A stretch of 64,000 bases of DNA from Lama guanicoe (taxonomy: Eukaryota), in the NCBI GenBank assembly GCA_013239625.1, contig MU053594.1:1988127-2052126 (forward strand). Reading direction: 5' to 3'. Each line of letters begins with the position of its first letter. The stretch's first letter is position 1. Made by a program: the position numbers and the translations under genes. The notes beneath the pieces are model-generated. The model had not been told where the DNA came from and did no database searches. It was given only the letters and a program-made list of their open reading frames with translations. Below, piece by piece: positions 61,178 through 64,000 of this stretch.

Positions 61178-62005
61178 GTACTGAAGGCGGGCCGGGGAGC
61201 GGAGGCGGGCCGGGCCGGGAGCGTGGTAGGGAGCGGGGAAGGCCGACCCCGTGGTGGGGGAGGCCCGGGGACTGAAAGATCACAGTCGGAGCAGAAACTT
61301 GGTGGCGGGAGGGGAAAGATCCGTGAGGGGTGCTGGTGGCTTGACCCGACCGACCGGGAACCTCCCCAGCACTCCTCCTCCGGACCTGCTGGGGCGTCGG
61401 CTCGGCGTCCCGCCCGGTCCCGGGCGGTTGTGGGAGAACCGGCTTCCCGCCGGGGCGCCCCTTCCGGGCCGGGCGCTGGGAACGCCGCGTCCAGCCCCGG
61501 GCCGGCGGTCCCCGTGGCTGAGCGAGCGGGAGGAAGGCGGCGAGGGGCCGGAGCGGGCGGTAGGGATGCCAGGGCGCCTTGTGAAATGCGGCTGAACGAA
61601 CGCCTTCCCCTCGGCTTGCTGGAATCTGCCTGGGCTCTTTGGGTAGAAACGGGGTAGGATGGCTTACTCACCTGGAGGAGGCGGGCTCTCAGCTCTGATG
61701 GAAGGCAGGTGTACCCAGCCGTTTGACCTGCTTCACCACTGCCAAAGTTCTCTCTGTTTAAAATTGTCTTACCGGATATTGTATTTTATTTCATTTCTTT
61801 AATGGTGTCTTTGGCGTGTTCTCCTAAGAACTCTTCTTTTGGTTAGTGAAGCCGTAATCCACTGTTTTTGAGATTCTTCATAGAATAAAATATAAATTGA
61901 AGCTTTTCTTCATTCTTATCTGTATGTCATTATCTCACCTGTTTGCAACTGCTGTGTTTTGGTCTAAATCACAACTGCTTCTTTCTTCGTTCTGCTGTTT
62001 TAAAG

Positions 62006-62096
62006 CTCCGTCTCAATAGTATTAAGAAATTATCAACGATTGCTCTAGCACTTGGAGTAGAAAGGACGCGAACTGAACTGCTACCATTCCTTACAG
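62006..62096 (+). CDS. PPP2R1B: PPP2R1B coding exon 2 (91 bp)
   Basis: Acceptor ttctgctgttttaaag|, reads [30 protein letters not shown] plus 1 nt, donor G|GTATGT. Confidence 0.97.
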
Positions 62097-62569
62097 GTAT
62101 GTGACCCTTTGAATAAAAGCATGAGTATTTCTGTTTTCCAGTGTTTTTAAAGAATTTGTTACCCACGATATTAGTAAGTACTAAGCTGAGCCTGATGCTT
62201 TGGGTGCAGAAGAAACAGGACACGTTTCTTCTGTAACGTTGTGGCCAGACACATTCAGACGTTAACTATTTAGCTAATAGGGAAGTAAGATGCAGGATTG
62301 TGAATTTCTAGTTCATTCTGTAAAACAGATCTAAGAGGATTCTTGACTGAGAAGGAATTAAAGGCTGTTAAATTATGTTCAGAGTTGTTTATGACAGTAT
62401 AATGCTAAATAGCCTGTTGAATAAATGTCAAACTTGGGGGGAAAAAAGGCTGTGAAGATTGTGACAGGACCATCTAGTTACATATGGATTCTATGGCTGG
62501 TTTTGTGTGAGTGTCCATCTCTGGGCCAGATACCCTTGCTGATGAGTACTGGGTTGTTGTCATTTCCAG

Positions 62570-62670
62570 ATACAATTTATGATGAAGATGAAGTACTGTT
62601 AGCTCTTGCTGAGCAGCTGGGAAATTTCACTGGCCTGGTAGGAGGTCCTGACTTTGCCCACTGTTTGCTG
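62570..62670 (+). CDS. PPP2R1B: PPP2R1B coding exon 3 (101 bp); gene continues beyond window
   Basis: Acceptor catttccag|, G+AT completes Asp, then [33 protein letters not shown] (HEAT repeat), donor CTG|GTGAGT. Confidence 0.97.
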
Positions 62671-63084
62671 GTGAGTATATTCTGCCTACTCCTCTCCTTC
62701 TAGAACTTTCACAGTATAAACGATACATTGTTTGGTGACAGGCACACTGCACCATTTTTTATGCAGATCTTTTTATGGATAGTCACAGTGTTAGTTATAG
62801 AGAGAACAAATAATGTAGACACTTTGGACTCAACTCTTTCTTATTTTTTTTCTGACTGTGAATGTAAGAACTTCCTCTTTTCTTAATGAAAAGACTTATT
62901 TGTTAGTTTAGAGGTTGGGAGGAGAAAGAGTTGTTTTGTTTATGGTTTTTTCCCCCCTTATATTGGAAATCTTAATTCTCTTCCAGGAGTGTGATGCCTT
63001 TGGGAATGTTTATTAGTTTTGTCTTTAACTATAAGTGTAACTTTGCTTCTGACTTACTTTGTGAATTTGATGAGTGCAGTTTAA

Positions 63085-64000
63085 TTTAGTTGACATTTAT
63101 TGAGAACCTACTATATCAGGCACTGAAATTACAGTGTTAATGTTAAAGAAGAGCATTGTGGATGGAGGGAGGTCTGAGTCCTTATGTGTCAACAAATAAT
63201 TACTGTGTGGTATTAGGTGGAAAAATGTGAAGCACATACGAGGTACCCAAGTAACAGAGAAGAGAAAGCAGTTAACCCAGGGTGATTAGGGAAGACCTGT
63301 TGGGAGAGAATGTCTGAACTAGGGCTGAAGGGTGAATAGGAACTTGACCATTGGACAAGATAGGGATGTATGCTTCAGGGCTTAAATATTATCTATAGGT
63401 TATGTTGCTAACAGAAATCTTGTGATTTCTGTCTTTACCTCTAACCTTTCCATGGAACTCCAGATACAGATATAGAAAAACAGATAGAAATATCTATGTT
63501 TGTCTCTCTCTATGTATATCTGCCTGATTTTTCTACTTGGATGTCAAACAGGCATTTCACATTTAACGTGTCTAAAACAGAACTCAGTTTTCTCCCCAAA
63601 ATATGCCTCCTAATTAGTTGCCCCAATCGCAGTACGTGGCATCACCATCTACCCAGTTGCATGAGCCAAAACCTAGAAGACATTCTTGAATCCTCTTTCC
63701 CACATTTCCCACATCTAATCCTTTAGTAACACTTGTAGATTCTCTGTATATTCCCATTCAATCCACTTTCTTCTGTCCTTGCTACTACCTAGCTCACCAT
63801 TTCTCTAGTCTTTCCGGATCACATGATCTTGCTTGTAGATTACTGCAGTAACTTTCTAACCAGTTGCCTTCCCCTCATCCCTCCCACCCACCACACTACA
63901 GTTCACTCTTCACCCAGCAGGTGGATCACTCACTCCCTGCAATGGCTTTTAGAAAATCTAGATTTCTACCTTAACTTGTACCTTAGTTTACAAAACTTGC
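63085..64000. mobile_element. L2 LINE fragments in PPP2R1B intron 3
   Basis: gacatttattgagaacctactat..aggcactg, and cttggatgtc..aggcatttcacatttaacgtgtctaaaacagaactc..ccaaaacctagaagacattcttga. Confidence 0.75.

Larger units (their letters stand above)
60880..61620. promoter_or_regulatory. PPP2R1B: CpG island / promoter and exon 1 region of PPP2R1B
   Basis: Abrupt rise in GC and CpG density, several Sp/KLF GC boxes (GGGCGG, CCCCGCCT, GGGGCGGGGC x2), no evident TATA box, overlaps the first coding exon. Confidence 0.9.

Noticed and set aside
60788..61671. Long overlapping ORFs of 289 aa (+) and 244 aa (-) as novel proteins
   Set aside because: These are low-complexity G/A/P/R-rich products of a stop-poor CpG island. 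Only 61064-61177 is supported, by homology and a splice donor.
1..64000. CRISPR arrays, operons or prokaryotic defence systems
   Set aside because: The sequence is mammalian (spliced genes, L1/MIR/LTR fossils) and no repeat-spacer array was seen.

Overview
Mammalian genomic DNA, most likely camelid (inferred from five copies of a tRNA-Ala-derived SINE resembling the camelid Vic-1 family). The window holds the last three coding exons of ALG9 (alpha-1,2-mannosyltransferase, + strand: 1-86 partial, 28177-28307, 43869-43992) with two long repeat-rich introns and a 3' UTR with candidate proximal and distal poly(A) signals. A ~13 kb intergenic spacer follows, then the CpG-island promoter and first three coding exons of PPP2R1B (PP2A scaffold A-beta, + strand: 61064-61177, 62006-62096, 62570-62670). 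The tandem ALG9->PPP2R1B order matches known mammalian synteny. The rest is mostly decayed L1, L2, MIR, ERV/MaLR LTRs and DNA-transposon fossils, and almost all listed ORFs are spurious. I found no convincing new multi-gene biological system. The most unusual signals are structural: local duplication or templated-insertion scars, a polyadenylated LTR R-region-like retrocopy, a SINE-L1 chimera under one target-site duplication (TSD), an internally deleted L1, and an 18-bp GC-box duplication in the PPP2R1B promoter. Repeat subfamily names come from recalled consensus sequences, not a database search, and repeat boundaries are approximate unless TSDs or terminal inverted repeats (TIRs) are given.
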